DNA of 64,000 nt from an uncultured delta proteobacterium (GTDB taxonomy: Bacteria; Myxococcota; Myxococcia; Myxococcales; Anaeromyxobacteraceae): positions 192,001-256,000 of the forward strand of contig CAVYBH010000013.1 in the NCBI GenBank assembly GCA_963766715.1, in the 5' to 3' direction. A program made the translations under genes and the position numbers. Below, piece after piece: positions 53,363-64,000 of the stretch. Under the pieces are notes generated by a model, which was not told where the DNA came from, ran no database searches, and was given only the letters and a program-made list of their open reading frames with translations. Positions within the stretch are counted from its first letter, which is position 1. Each line of letters starts with the position of its first letter.

Positions 53363-53521
53363 TCAGTCGCCCCGGAACAGGATCGCGCCGAAGAGCACCG
53401 CGACGATCAGGAGCGCGAGGAGGAACAGGACGGACGACCTGTAGGTCGGGTCCCGCGCGCCACACTTCCGGCACAGGGCACTGAACCAGGACTTGCTCCC
53501 GCCGCAGTTCGGACAGGTCAT
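53363..53521 (-). CDS. small zinc-ribbon membrane protein (52 aa)
   Basis: MTCPNC...CRKCG followed by one TM helix; GAAGG RBS. Confidence 0.6.
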   Translation of the reverse strand: MTCPNCGGSKSWFSALCRKCGARDPTYRSSVLFLLALLIVAVLFGAILFRGD

Positions 53522-53630
53522 CTGCTGCCTTCTTCGAGAGGCGACGACCGAGACGCGGCCTCCTGCAGCCTGAACCCTTCCGCGCTGTCGCCGATTCCGC
53601 CGCCCGGGACGGTTGGGGGTAAGTCCTCGA

Positions 53631-55511
53631 TCAGCGCGGCGGCGCACCGCGGCCGTCGAGGTACGCCTGGAGCTGCGCCGCGATTCCTGGCGAGAGACGG
53701 CGGATGGCCTCCGCCTCGTGGCGCGCGGCCGGCAGGTCGCCCAGCTGGGCGAGCGCGAGCGCCAGCTGGGCGCGAGCGAGCGGGCTGGGTGCGGATGACG
53801 TCGCCGGCGCCTCTCAGCAGCCGGACCGTGTCGGCGTACCGTCCCAGCGCGTTCCAGCAGGCGGCCAGGTTGGCGTAGGCGTCGGGATAGGCCGGGCGGC
53901 GCGCGATGGCCTGCTCGAAGTACGGCGCGGCCTCGGCGTATCGGCGGGCCTCGAAGCGCATGGTGCCCAGGTCGTACCAGGGCGCGGCGAGCTTCGGGTC
54001 GAGGTCGATGGCCCGGCGGAGGTGGGACTCCGCCTCGGCGGGGCGCCCGGCCTCCTCCAGGGCGAGCCCCAGGCTCTCGTGCGCCTGGGCGTAGGCCGGC
54101 TCGATCCGGACGGCGTCCTGGAGGAGCGGCATCGCCTCGGCCCGGCGCCCGAGCCGGTGAAGCGCCACCCCCAGGTTGTGGCGCGGTCGCGCCTTCGCGG
54201 GAGCCTTCAGCGACGGCGTCGGTCCACAGCGCCACCTCGCTCGACCAGACCTCGTTTCGATTCCAGGTGACGGTTCCGAGGACGGCGGCGAGGAGAGCCC
54301 GGCCGCACCCGTGACCGCCGCGGTGCGGTCGGGCGCGAGCGCGGTGCGCTCCCATCGCGAGGAGCGTGGCGGCGGAGATCGCGAGCCCCGCCATGGGCAG
54401 GTAGACCCGGTGCTCGTACATCACGTCGAGGATGGGGATGACGCTCGACTCCACCGAGAGTGCGAGGAAGAACCATCCGATCCCGAGGGCGACGACGCGC
54501 GCCGCCGGGTCGAGGGGTCGCCGGCGGTGCGGCGACGAGGCGTGGACCAGCCATCCGGCCAGGAGGGCGATCGCGAGCAGGAGGAGCGCCGAACCGAGCA
54601 CGGCCGGGTCGAGAAGCGCGTGGCGCAGCGGCACGTCGTGGTCGATGGTCTGCCCGGACGGGAACGCGATCAGGCCGAGGTAGCGGGCGACCACGGTGAG
54701 CTCGGTGAGCAGGTAATCCCCGCGGGACATCGACGTCTGCACCCGGGGCAGGTCGATCGGCCCGGTCGTCGCCCCGGCCGGCGCGGTCGCGAGGAGCAGC
54801 GTCGCCGGGATGATCGCCATGGTGGCCAGGAACGGCAGGAGGGGGACGAGACGGCGCCACGGTCCCTCGAAGAGGAGGACCTCGAGGAGGAGGAGGGCCA
54901 GGGGCAACGTGAAGGCGATCTCCTTCGACCGCATGGCCAGCACCGCGGCGAGGAGCGCCGCTCCGTAGCCCACGTGCGCCCTCCACCCCCGCGCCCCGGC
55001 CTCCCGGCCGTTCCTCCAGCGCACGTAGAGGAGCGCGGAGAGCAGGTAGAAGAAGGTCGCGAGGGACGCGAGCCGCTGGACGATGTACGAGACCGCCTGG
55101 GTCTGGATGGGGTGGGCGGCGAAGAGGAGCCCGGCCGCCATGCCCACGGCCCAGGCCGACGGCACGAGCGCCGACCGCCGCAGCCGGGGGGCCTGGAAGA
55201 CGGCGAGGACCAGGCCGAGGAGGAGCAGCGAGCTGGCGACGTGGATGGCCAGGTTCACCGCGCGGTGGAAGGTGGGGTCGTTCCCGCCGATGGCGCGGTC
55301 GATCGCGAAGGTGGCGAAGGTGACGCGCCCGGTTGGGCTGGGCCGCGTACCCCGGTCCGCCGGGCAGGTAGTCGAGCGGCCGGTCGAGCCCGGGGTTGTC
55401 CCTGACGTTCGGCGTGTCGTCGAAGACGAACGCGCCCGGGAATGCGCTCGAGTAGGCGAGAAGGCTGGCGGCGACGATGGCGGCCGCGGCCAGGAATCCG
55501 TGGGATCTCAT
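53631..55511 (-). CDS. TMTC-like GT-C glycosyltransferase with C-terminal TPRs (frameshifted)
   Basis: FVFDD, HAVNLAIH, HPIQTQAVSYI.QR, SKE, EHRVYLP, RNEVW and TPR repeats. Confidence 0.82.
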
Positions 55512-55721
55512 TTCCTCGCTGCCCTTGTACGCGAGCCGTCGCAAAGGTTGAAGCGGAAGTCGCCGACCCGGGCAGGCCCCCGGTGGGCTGGGGCATTTCC
55601 CGCAGGGCGGTGGGGGAAAGGACCCGCCCGGGTTCACTTCGCGGTGTAGGCATTCCGGCTACTTGGCCGCACCGTGGACTCCAAAGGGCTAGTACGCGGG
55701 TTGCAACGGTCCAGCGGGTCG

Positions 55722-57588
55722 ATGGCCTCCCCGCTCCTCGCGCTCACATCCCGTGGTTCACACTGGGTCGCGGTCGCCGCGCTGGTGTCGCTCTGCGCCT
55801 GTTCCCAGGGCGTGACCTCGTCGTCCCCCGCCCCGGTCCGGCCCGGAGCCGGCTGGCGCCCCGGCTGCCGTCGCCCCTGCCCTCGCAGCGCCCGACCCGA
55901 CGCCGGCCAGGCTCCCCGCGCCCAGCCCGGACCCTGCGGCCCCGGCGGCCGACCTCCCGTCCCCGTCCCCGGCCAGCTGCGGGCCACCGCCCAGTCGGCC
56001 TCGGAGATCGCGCTCGCCTGGCAGCCCTCGGCATCGGGGTCGGGACCCGTCGCCTACGAGGTCTTCCGCGACGACGCCCGGGTGGGCCACGTCGAAGGGA
56101 CGACGATGGTCGACTCGTCGCTCCGGCCCGGCAAGCGCCACTGCTACGCGGTGCGCGCCGTCGACCCGGCCGGCCGGGCGTCGGCCCGCAGCGCGACCGC
56201 CTGCGCGCAGACCCTCGACACCGACCGCACCGTCCGCCCCGTCCGGCGTGACGGCCACGGCTCGCCCGGGAAACGTCGCCGAGCTCTCCTGGAGCCCATC
56301 CACCGACGACGTCGGCGTCACCTCCTACGAGGTGGCCAGCGCCGACGCGCCCGCGACGACCGTGAAGGGAACCGCGCTGCGGGCGGAGAAGCTGGCCCCG
56401 GGGCGCGAGCACTGCTGGACGGTGAAGGCGCTCGACCTGGCCGGGAACCGGTCCGCCGCCTCCGACCCGGCCTGCGCCGCCATTCCCGACACCACCCCGC
56501 CGACCGTGCCCACCCGGGTGGTGGCGACCGCGGCCGGCGAGCGCCTCGTCGATCTCCAGTGGGAAGCCTCCCGCGACGACGTGGCGGTGGTCCGCTACGA
56601 GGTCCAGCGGGCCGGCGCACCGGTCCTGGCCGCGGCGGACACCTCGGCGCGGGATTGGGGGCTCGCTCCCGCGCAGCGCTACTGCTACGCGGTGCGCGCC
56701 TGCGACGCGGCCGGCAACTGCTCCGCCCCCGCCCCGGAGGCGTGCGCCACGACCCCCGACCTCACGCCGCCCACCCGGCCCGCCACCCTCGACGCAAATC
56801 CCCGCGGCGACAAGTCCATCGAGCTCGCCTGGGCGAGCGCCACGGACGAGGTCGGCGTCACCGGCTACGAGCTGCGGCGCGGCGAGAAGGTGGTGGCCTC
56901 GGGCCAGGCCGGCCTCGCCTTCACCGATGGCGGACTCCGGCCGGGCACGCCGTACTGCTACACCGTGCTCGCCGTCGACGCGGCCGGCAACCGCTCGCCG
57001 TCGACGCGCGCCTGCGCCACCACGCTCGACCTCGAGGCGCCCAGCACGCCCGGCCGCCCGGCAGCGGTCTCCGTCTCCTCCTCGCAGCTCTTCCTGGGAT
57101 GGGACCCCTCCACCGACGACGTGGGCGTGGCCGGCTACGAGGTCCTCCGCGACGGGGCCGTGGTCGCCCGGGTGACGGTGACGCGCGCGAGGGAGACCCG
57201 GCTGCCCGCCAACCGGAAGTTCTGCTACTCCGTGCGGGCCTTCGACGCCGCCGGCAACCGCTCCGAGCCGGCCGGCCCGGCCTGCGCCACCACGGCCAAT
57301 CCCTCCCAGCTCGCCTCGCCCTCGGATCTCCGCGTGGTCCGCGTCTCCACCACCGACGTGCTCCTGCAGTGGGAGCCCTCCGAGCAGGCGGGGGTGCTCT
57401 ACCGCATCTACGCGAACGGGACGAAGAGCGTGGGGCTCACGCGCGGGAACACCTTCAACCCCTCCGGCCGGATCGGCGCGCAGGCCGACTGCTACCGGGT
57501 GGCCGCGCTGGACGACGAGGGGCGCGAGTCACCCCGCTCCAACGAGGTGTGCGCCCTGCTGGCTCCTGGCCCGGTGTCGCAGCGCTGA
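55722..57588 (+). CDS. lipoprotein with six fibronectin type III repeats (frameshifted)
   Basis: Lipobox LCAC, Pro/Ala linker, six units of LxWxxSTDDVGVxxYEV...CYxVxAxDAAGNRS...AC. Confidence 0.85.
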
Positions 57589-57609
57589 GGAGAAGCCGCG
57601 GCTCGCGGG

Positions 57610-58533
57610 CTACGCGTGCTGGCTCGCCGGAGCGAGCTTCGGCAGGCGGACCCGCAGCGGCTCCAGCTCGCTCTCGCCGCTGACGCGCACCACGCGGTGG
57701 CTCGACGGGTCGCCGAGCACCTTCGAGACGAGCGCGTGGTTCAGGCCGTGGCCGCTCTTGTAGGCGCGGAAGTGGCCGATCACCGGGAGACCGAAGAGGG
57801 ACAGGTCGCCGATGGCGTCGAGCACCTTGTGGCGCGCGAACTCGTCGGAGAAGCGCAGCCCCTCGGGGTTCAGGATGGAGAAGTCGTCGACCACGATCGC
57901 GTTCTCGAGGCTTCCGCCCCGGGCCAGGCCGGCCTTCTTCATCGCCTCGATGTCGCGCAGGAAGCAGAAGGTGCGCGCGCGGGCCACCTCCCGCTCGTAG
58001 TTGCGGTCGGAGAAGGCGAAGCGGAAGGCCTGGTCGGTGACGAGCGGGTGCTTGAAGTCGACGGTGAACTCGATGGAGAGCGAGTCGGAGGGCTCGAGCC
58101 GGGCCAGCTTGTCGCCGTCGCGGACCTCCACGGTCCGCTCCATGAGGATGAACTGCTTGCCGGCGCGCTGCTCGGCGATGCCGGCCTCGCGGATGAGGGC
58201 CACGAAGGGAGCCGACGAGCCGTCGAGGATGGGGATCTCGGGGCCGTCCACCTCGACCCGGCAGTTGTCGATGCCCATGCCGGTGAGGGCGGAGAGCACG
58301 TGCTCCACGGTGTGGACGCGGGCCTGGCCGAGCGCCAGGTTGGTGCTGAGGGTGGTGTCGACGACGTGGGCGGAGCGGGCCGGGATCTCGGCGCCGAGGT
58401 CCATCCGGACGAAGCGAACGCCGCTGTCGGCCGGGGCCGGGGCGAGCGTGAGCGAGGCGGGACGGCCGGAGTGGAGTCCGACCCCCGAGCAGGTCACCCG
58501 CTTTGCCACCGTTCGCTGGTTCCAGTACGCCAT
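57610..58533 (-). CDS. lpxC: UDP-3-O-acyl-N-acetylglucosamine deacetylase
   Basis: QRTV, GVGLHSG, TVEHVLSAL, PILDGS, ARTF, HKVLDAIGDL and SGH. Confidence 0.97.
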   Translation of the reverse strand: MAYWNQRTVAKRVTCSGVGLHSGRPASLTLAPAPADSGVRFVRMDLGAEIPARSAHVVDTTLSTNLALGQARVHTVEHVLSALTGMGIDNCRVEVDGPEIPILDGSSAPFVALIREAGIAEQRAGKQFILMERTVEVRDGDKLARLEPSDSLSIEFTVDFKHPLVTDQAFRFAFSDRNYEREVARARTFCFLRDIEAMKKAGLARGGSLENAIVVDDFSILNPEGLRFSDEFARHKVLDAIGDLSLFGLPVIGHFRAYKSGHGLNHALVSKVLGDPSSHRVVRVSGESELEPLRVRLPKLAPASQHA

Positions 58534-58846
58534 GTCGATTGCCTCCCGTGCCAACGCCGCCCTGCGATGCTGCACCGCGTAAACGCTGCGCGCGCTGGTA
58601 AGGAGCAAGAAGAGTGCCTCCGGAGCACGCCAGTCCCATCCGGACGGCCAAGAACAGGGATGCGGCTGATATCACAGGGTATTAGCCGCCGGCAAGCCGG
58701 AAAGCCAGTTTCCCGACTGTCATGGGCGTGTCGCCGAGGCCGAACAGGCAGGACATGGATGTCGCGGTCTGGCCGCCGGCCGCGCAGTTCCTCGGTGAAT
58801 TCGGGTATATCCATGGCCGGGCCCCGCACCTGCGGGCCCTATCCCC

Positions 58847-59534
58847 TTGATTCCCCTGAGGAACGACATCCCGGTTCGCCGGACCCCTGCGGTGACCTGG
58901 GGCCTCATCGCCGCCAACGTCATCGTCTTCGTCTGGCAGCTGGGCGTCGGGATCAACCTGTCGGCCCTGATTGGCGGGGTGATTCCCTACGAGGTGATGA
59001 CCTTCCGGGACATCGGTCCCCGGGACCTGGTCCCTCCCCCGTTCACCGTCCTCACGAGCATGTTCCTCCACGGCGGGTTCTTCCACCTGGGGGGGAACCT
59101 GCTCTTCCTCTGGGTGTTCGGCCCGAACGTCGAGGACGTCCTCGGCCGCTTCCGGTTCCTCGGCCTTCTACCTGGCGAGCGGGGTGGCCGCGGCCATCGC
59201 CCACACCTTGCTCTCGGTCGCCGCGGGCGATCCGCTCGTCCCCATGGTCGGGGCCAGCGGCGCCATCGCCGGCGTCATGGGCGCCTACATCGTCCTCTTC
59301 CCGAGGGCGCGCGTCCTGACCGCGGTGCCGATCTTCGTCTTCGTCCGGTTCATGCACCTGCCGGCGTCGTTCTTCATCGGCCTCTGGTTCGTCCTGCAGA
59401 TGCTCTTCGCCTTCGTGGGCGACTCCGGATTGGGCGTGGCCTTCTTCGCCCACATCGGCGGGTTCGTCTTCGGGTGGCTGGTGACGAAGGTGCTCGTGCG
59501 CACCCAGCTGCGGCGCCGCGGCGCCGGCTGGTGA
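58847..59534 (+). CDS. rhomboid intramembrane serine protease (frameshift near 59165)
   Basis: IPLR.D, SMFLHGG..HL.GN, NVED.LG, GASGAI and AHIGGF. Confidence 0.92.
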
Positions 59535-59538
59535 CGGA

Positions 59539-60567
59539 TCAGAAGAGCGGGTCCTGGCCGCCGCGCGGGCGGTCGCGTCCCAGGTGCGCGTAGGCCGGCG
59601 GAAGCGCCACGCGCCCTCGGGGCGTGCGGGCCAGGTAGCCCTCGCGAACCAGGAAGGGCTCGTAGACGTCCTCGATGGTGTCGCGCTCCTCGCCCACCGC
59701 CGCGGCGATGGCGTCGATGCCCACCGGGCCCCCGCCGAAGACGTCGATGACCACGGTGAGGATTCGCCGGTCCATGGCGTCGAGCCCGCTCGCGTCGACC
59801 TCGAGCCGCTCCAGGGTGCGCTTCACGATGGCCGGCGTGATCCGTCCGTCCCCCTCGACCTGGGCGAAGTCGCGGGCGCGGAGCAGGAGCCGGATGGCGA
59901 TGCGCGGCGTGCCGCGGGCCCGCCGGGCCAGCTCGTCGACGCCGGCCGGGTCGATGGGGAGCCGCAGCTTCCCGGCGGCGCGGACCGCGATCTCCTTCAG
60001 GTCGGGCGGGGCGTAGTAGTCGAGCCGCTCCTGGATGGGGAACCGGTCGCGCAGCGGGCTCGCGAGCAGGCCGGTGCGGGTGGTGGCCCCCACCAGCGTG
60101 AATCGCTCGAGCTTCATCTCCATGGTCTGCGCGCCCAGCCCGGCCCCCAGGACGACGTCGAAGCGGAAGTCCTCCATGGCCGGGTAGAGCGCCTCCTCCA
60201 CGGCGGGCGAGAGCCGGTGGATCTCGTCGATGAAGAGGATGTCGCGCGGGGCGAGCGCGGTGAGCAGGCCGGCCAGGTCGCCCTTCTTCACCAGCGCCGG
60301 GCCGCTCGTGACGTGCATGGCCACGCCCAGCTCGGCGGAGAGGATGTGGGCGAGCGAGGTCTTCCCGAGCCCCGGAGGGCCGGAGAGGAGCACGTGGTCC
60401 AGGGCCTCGCCGCGCTGGCGGGCCGCCTGGGCATAGACCCGGAAGTTCTCGACCAGCTTCTTCTGGCCGACGTACTCGTCGAACGTGGCCGGCCGGAGCG
60501 ACTGCTCCAGCCGCTCCTCGCCCACCTGGGCCCTTCCCGAAAGCTCGCGCGCCGGCTGCACCGACAT
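59539..60567 (-). CDS. ruvB: Holliday junction helicase RuvB
   Basis: LRP..FDEYVGQ, GPPGLGKT, FIDEIHRL, GATTR, RGTPR, YEPFL and RTPRGR. Confidence 0.98.
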   Translation of the reverse strand: MSVQPARELSGRAQVGEERLEQSLRPATFDEYVGQKKLVENFRVYAQAARQRGEALDHVLLSGPPGLGKTSLAHILSAELGVAMHVTSGPALVKKGDLAGLLTALAPRDILFIDEIHRLSPAVEEALYPAMEDFRFDVVLGAGLGAQTMEMKLERFTLVGATTRTGLLASPLRDRFPIQERLDYYAPPDLKEIAVRAAGKLRLPIDPAGVDELARRARGTPRIAIRLLLRARDFAQVEGDGRITPAIVKRTLERLEVDASGLDAMDRRILTVVIDVFGGGPVGIDAIAAAVGEERDTIEDVYEPFLVREGYLARTPRGRVALPPAYAHLGRDRPRGGQDPLF

Positions 60568-60585
60568 CCGGGTAATGTAGCACTC

Positions 60586-60984
60586 GTGTCCGACCGGCTC
60601 GATGGGCGATTCGCCCCCTTCTCCGCGATCGCCCGGGTGGCGCTGCTCGCGCTCGTGGCCGCCTGCCAGCCCCTCGGCCCGATTTCCCCGCCTCCGGACG
60701 GCGGCACGCCCTGCTCCCGCGCGGTGGCCGTCGCGGCCGACACGGTGGTGATCTCGGCCGGCGCGTGCAACCCGTGGTGCATCCACGTCGCGGTGGGGAC
60801 CCCGATCTACTTCCTGAACCAGGACCCGGGCCTCTACTACTTCGTGGCGGATCCTCCGCTCCCCTACGACGTGCAGGTGCCGGGGAGCGCGCCGGCGGTC
60901 ACCCTGCCGCTCTCGACCGCGGGCACGGTGACCTTCACGGCCGTGCACGCCCCGTCGGCGACGGTGACCGTCTTCGTGGAGTGA
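60586..60984 (+). CDS. hypothetical lipoprotein, cupredoxin-like fold
   Basis: Lipobox VAAC; NP..IHVAVGT.I.F.N.D and AGTVTFT..H patterns; coding-like GC3. Confidence 0.6.
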   Translation: MSDRLDGRFAPFSAIARVALLALVAACQPLGPISPPPDGGTPCSRAVAVAADTVVISAGACNPWCIHVAVGTPIYFLNQDPGLYYFVADPPLPYDVQVPGSAPAVTLPLSTAGTVTFTAVHAPSATVTVFVE

Positions 60985-60997
60985 CGCGGGGCGGGCG

Positions 60998-61589
60998 CTA
61001 GCCCCGCAGGCGCTTCAGCGCCTCGCGGAGCAGGTCGTCGAGCCCGCGCCCCTCGGCGGAGCCAGCCACGGCGTCGGCGGCCTGGGCGGCCTGCTGCGGG
61101 CGGTAGCCGAGGCCGATGAGCGCCTGCTCGAGCTGCTCGATCACGCGGAGCTCGCCTCTCGCCCGCGCGCGGCGCCGCGACCCGGGCCAGCGCCACCAGC
61201 TTCTCCTTCAGCTCCAGCACCAGCCGCTCGGCGGTCTTCTTCCCGATGCCCGGGACCTTGGTGAGCCGGGCCACGTCGCCGGAGGCCACCGCGGCGGCGA
61301 ACTCGCGCGGCTCGATGCCGGAGAGGATGTGGAGCGCCGCCCGCGGCCCCACGTTCTTCACGCCGATGAGCTCGCCGAAGACCGCCTCCTCCTCCTCGGT
61401 GGCGAATCCGAAGAGGTCGAGCGCATCCTCGCGGACGTGGGTGTAGGTGCGGAGCCGGGCCCGCTCGCCGGGAGGGAGCGCGGCCAGGCTGGTCTGCGAG
61501 ACGTGGACCAGGTAGCCGACGCCGTTCACGTCGAGGACCACGGCTCCGTCCCGCTTCTCGACGACGACGCCGGTGAGCTGGGCGATCAC
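60998..61589 (-). CDS. ruvA: Holliday junction protein RuvA (frameshift near 61155)
   Basis: [46 protein letters not shown] and ALIGLGY. Confidence 0.96.
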
Positions 61590-62092
61590 GCGGCGCTCCC
61601 GGTGCGGCGGGCGCGCGGGGGCGGACCGGGATGCGGCGCCCGGCCGATGTGGCAGACGGCGAGCGCGATGGCGTCGGCCTCGTCGGCGAGGCCGGCCTCG
61701 ACGCCGAAGAGCGCGCGGGCCATGCGGATCATCTGGACCTTCTCGGCGCGGCCGTTGCCGGTGAGCGCGAGCTTGGCCTGCTGCGGAGCGTACTCGGCCA
61801 CCGGGAGCCCGGCCCGGGCGGCCGCGGCGAGCACGACCCCGCGGGCCTGACCGAGGACGAGCGCGGAACGGGGGGAGACGCCTGCGAAGACCGTCTCGAC
61901 CGCCACCGCGTCGGCCTGGGCGCGCCCGAGGATGGCCTCGAGCCCCTCGAGGATGAGCGCGAGCCTGCGCGGCAGGTCATGGTCGCCCGGCACGAGCACG
62001 CCCGACTCGATCACCCGGAGCCGGGAACCCGTCCTCGCCACCACACCGTAGCCGCACCGCTGCGTGCCCGGATCGACGCCGACGACCACCAC
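61586..62092 (-). CDS. ruvC: crossover junction endodeoxyribonuclease RuvC
   Basis: GVDPG..CGYG, AVE.VF, LGQARG, GRAEK.Q and [11 protein letters not shown]. Confidence 0.96.
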   Translation of the reverse strand: MVVVGVDPGTQRCGYGVVARTGSRLRVIESGVLVPGDHDLPRRLALILEGLEAILGRAQADAVAVETVFAGVSPRSALVLGQARGVVLAAAARAGLPVAEYAPQQAKLALTGNGRAEKVQMIRMARALFGVEAGLADEADAIALAVCHIGRAPHPGPPPRARRTGSAA

Positions 62093-62140
62093 GGGCGCAT
62101 CCTGCCACGGCTCTGAATGCCCGTCCAGTAGAGGTCCCGC

Positions 62141-63496
62141 TCAGCGCCCGGCGCGCGCGGCGTCCGGCTTCACCACGGCGAGGAGCCCAGCGAGGAGCGC
62201 CATCGCCGCGCCCGAACCGAGCGCGAGCCGCCAGCCCGCGACGAACGAGTCGCGGCCGCCGGCCTCGAAGAGCGCTCCTCCCAGGGCCACGCCGACGACC
62301 ATCCCCACGTTTCGCGCGGTGGCCAGCAGGCCTCCTCCAGCGCCCAGCTTGGCCCGGGGCAGCGCTCCCATGACGGCGCTGTTGTTCGGCGGCTGGAAGA
62401 AGCCCATGCCGGCCCCCTCCAGCGCCAGGCGGGCCACGATCGACGGCAGGGACGAGGCGGCATCGGCGAGCGACAGGGAGACGAGCCCGGCCGCGAGCAT
62501 GGCGCCGCCCACGACCTGGGGAATCCGCGGCCCGAACCGGTCGGAGAACCATCCGGCGATGGGCGAGCTCACCATGAGCGCGATGGGAACCACCGTCAGC
62601 ACCGCGCCGAGCCCCGCCGCCCCGAAGCCCTTCACCTCGGAGAGGAAGAAGGGCGACAGCAGGGTCTGGTGGAAGAGGGCCGCGTAGGAGAGCGTGGCGG
62701 CCAGCAAGCCGAGCGACACGGTGCGGTCCCGGAACAGCTCCGGGTCCACGAGCGGCGCCGCGGCGCCGCGCTCGGCCCGCCAGAGGAGGAGGGTCGCGAC
62801 CGCCGCGACGCCCAGGAGCGCGAGCGCCCACGGCACGGAATGCGGCGCCACCTCGAGCGCGCCGATGGCCGCCGCGAGCGCCGCGCCGAACCCGAGCGCT
62901 CCGGCCCGGTCGAACGACGCGCCGCGCGCCGGGACGTCCGCGGGCAGGATCCGCGAGGCCCAGATGGCGCCGGCGACCCCCACCGGCAGGTTCACGAGGA
63001 AGACCGCCTTCCAGCCGAAGAAGGAGAGGATGGCCGCGCCCACCGGTGCACCGGCCGTCAACCCCGCGGCGACCACGCTCGACACCGCGCCGAGCGCCCG
63101 GCCCCGCCGGTCGGAGGGGAAGATGGAGGTGACGATGGCCGCGCCCATCGACATCATCGCGGTGGCCCCCAGCGCCTGCACCGCCCGCGCGGCCACGAGG
63201 ACCGGGAGCGACCAGGCGAAGCCGCAGAGGCCGGAGCCCAGCGTGAAGAGCAGGAGGCCGCCCACGTAGACCCGGCGGCGCCCGAGGACGTCGCCGAGCC
63301 GGCCCGCGGCGAGGAGCCCGGCGGAGGTGACGAGCAGGTAGGCGCTCACCACCAGCTCGACCTGGGTGATCGGCGCGCCGAAGGCTTCCCGGATCGAGGG
63401 GAGCGCCACGTTGACGATGCTCCCGTCGAGGGTGGCCATGAAGACCCCGACGGACACGGCGGAGAATCCCCACCACGGGGAGCGCTCGCGGCTCAC
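62141..63496 (-). CDS. MFS transporter (DHA2/EmrB-like)
   Basis: LDGSIVNVALP, GRLGD.LGRR, ARAVQALG, FLVNLPVG and PNNSAVM. Confidence 0.92.
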   Translation of the reverse strand: MSRERSPWWGFSAVSVGVFMATLDGSIVNVALPSIREAFGAPITQVELVVSAYLLVTSAGLLAAGRLGDVLGRRRVYVGGLLLFTLGSGLCGFAWSLPVLVAARAVQALGATAMMSMGAAIVTSIFPSDRRGRALGAVSSVVAAGLTAGAPVGAAILSFFGWKAVFLVNLPVGVAGAIWASRILPADVPARGASFDRAGALGFGAALAAAIGALEVAPHSVPWALALLGVAAVATLLLWRAERGAAAPLVDPELFRDRTVSLGLLAATLSYAALFHQTLLSPFFLSEVKGFGAAGLGAVLTVVPIALMVSSPIAGWFSDRFGPRIPQVVGGAMLAAGLVSLSLADAASSLPSIVARLALEGAGMGFFQPPNNSAVMGALPRAKLGAGGGLLATARNVGMVVGVALGGALFEAGGRDSFVAGWRLALGSGAAMALLAGLLAVVKPDAARAGR

Positions 63497-64000
63497 GTCC
63501 GGGCTCCCTGGAGCCTCGGCAGCGCCACCCGGAAGGCCAGGCTGGCGGCGAGCACCGCCAGCGCGCCGGAGAGCAGCGTCCGGGGGACGCCGAAGCGGGC
63601 CGCCGCGATCCCGCCGGCCAGCGCGCCGAAGGGGGCCATGCCCACGAAGAGCGTCGAGAAGAGTCCCATCATCCGGCCGCGCATCCCGGCCGGCGAGGCC
63701 GACTGCAGGAACATCATGGTCCCGGCGGTCTGGGTGACGTAGCCGAAGCCGGCGACCGTGAGCGCCGCGGCGGTGAGCCACGGGGAGCGGGACAGGGCGG
63801 CGCCCAGGATCCCGGCGCCGAGGAGGGCCGCGCCCACGCCGGCCCGCCGCTCCAGCCCCGCCACGTCCGCGCGGACGAGCAGGAGGATGCCGCCGCCGAG
63901 CGCGCCGACGCCGGCAGCCGACTGGAGCACGCCGAAGAGCTCCGGCCCGCCCCCGAGGACCTCCGAGGCCAGCGCCGGCAGGAGCGCCACGTAGGACATC
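63493..64000 (-). CDS. MFS transporter, C-terminal part (continues beyond the window)
   Basis: FGVLQSAAGVGAL and MRGRMMG; hydrophobic helices. Confidence 0.8.
   Translation of the reverse strand, partial: MSYVALLPALASEVLGGGPELFGVLQSAAGVGALGGGILLLVRADVAGLERRAGVGAALLGAGILGAALSRSPWLTAAALTVAGFGYVTQTAGTMMFLQSASPAGMRGRMMGLFSTLFVGMAPFGALAGGIAAARFGVPRTLLSGALAVLAASLAFRVALPRLQGART

Noticed and set aside
53364..53374. CAGTCGCCCCG identical to the tRNA-Pro 3' end (15538-15548), a possible attR
   Set aside because: Only 11 GC-rich bp, inside a coding tail, with no integrase nearby and core-like genes in between; chance is likely.
55690..55706. Sigma54-like TAGTACGCGGGTTGCA upstream of the FN3 gene
   Set aside because: It lacks the invariant GG at -24.

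Overview
This is a very GC-rich bacterial chromosomal segment. Gene content and style suggest Myxococcota, probably Anaeromyxobacter-like (inference). About half of the genes are split by single-base frameshifts, including essential ones (tyrS, ruvA), which points to an unpolished long-read assembly rather than mass pseudogenisation. In order, the window holds: cysteine desulfurase, oligopeptidase B, a 6S RNA-ygfA-ymdB-tyrS block, a MacAB-type exporter, rlmE (with an in-frame TGA), a ferredoxin/ThDP enzyme/isochorismatase cluster, alr and tRNA-Pro(GGG). An accessory redox/sensory stretch follows (TrxB-like reductase, PAS kinase, AI-2E transporter, hemerythrin, Rieske-FAD reductase, PilZ, PAS-only protein, RpoH-like sigma factor, triheme cytochrome). 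After that come a kexin-like lipoprotein protease with a probable external chaperone, mltC, a PhzF-family gene, a cold-shock gene and a Ni/Co ECF operon with a NikR-type box. The window ends with an atypical Tmk, an SBP-linked phosphorelay, RegBA, a CoA-transferase, a TMTC-like glycosyltransferase divergent from a six-FN3 lipoprotein, lpxC, a rhomboid protease, ruvCAB interrupted by an inverted gene, and two MFS transporters. I found no CRISPR array, integrase, transposase or rRNA. The best candidates for under-described systems are the propeptide-less protease/chaperone pair, the N-terminal-His nickel relay with an outer-membrane barrel, and the TMTC-like/disulfide-FN3 pair. All calls come from manual motif recognition; no database searches were run.
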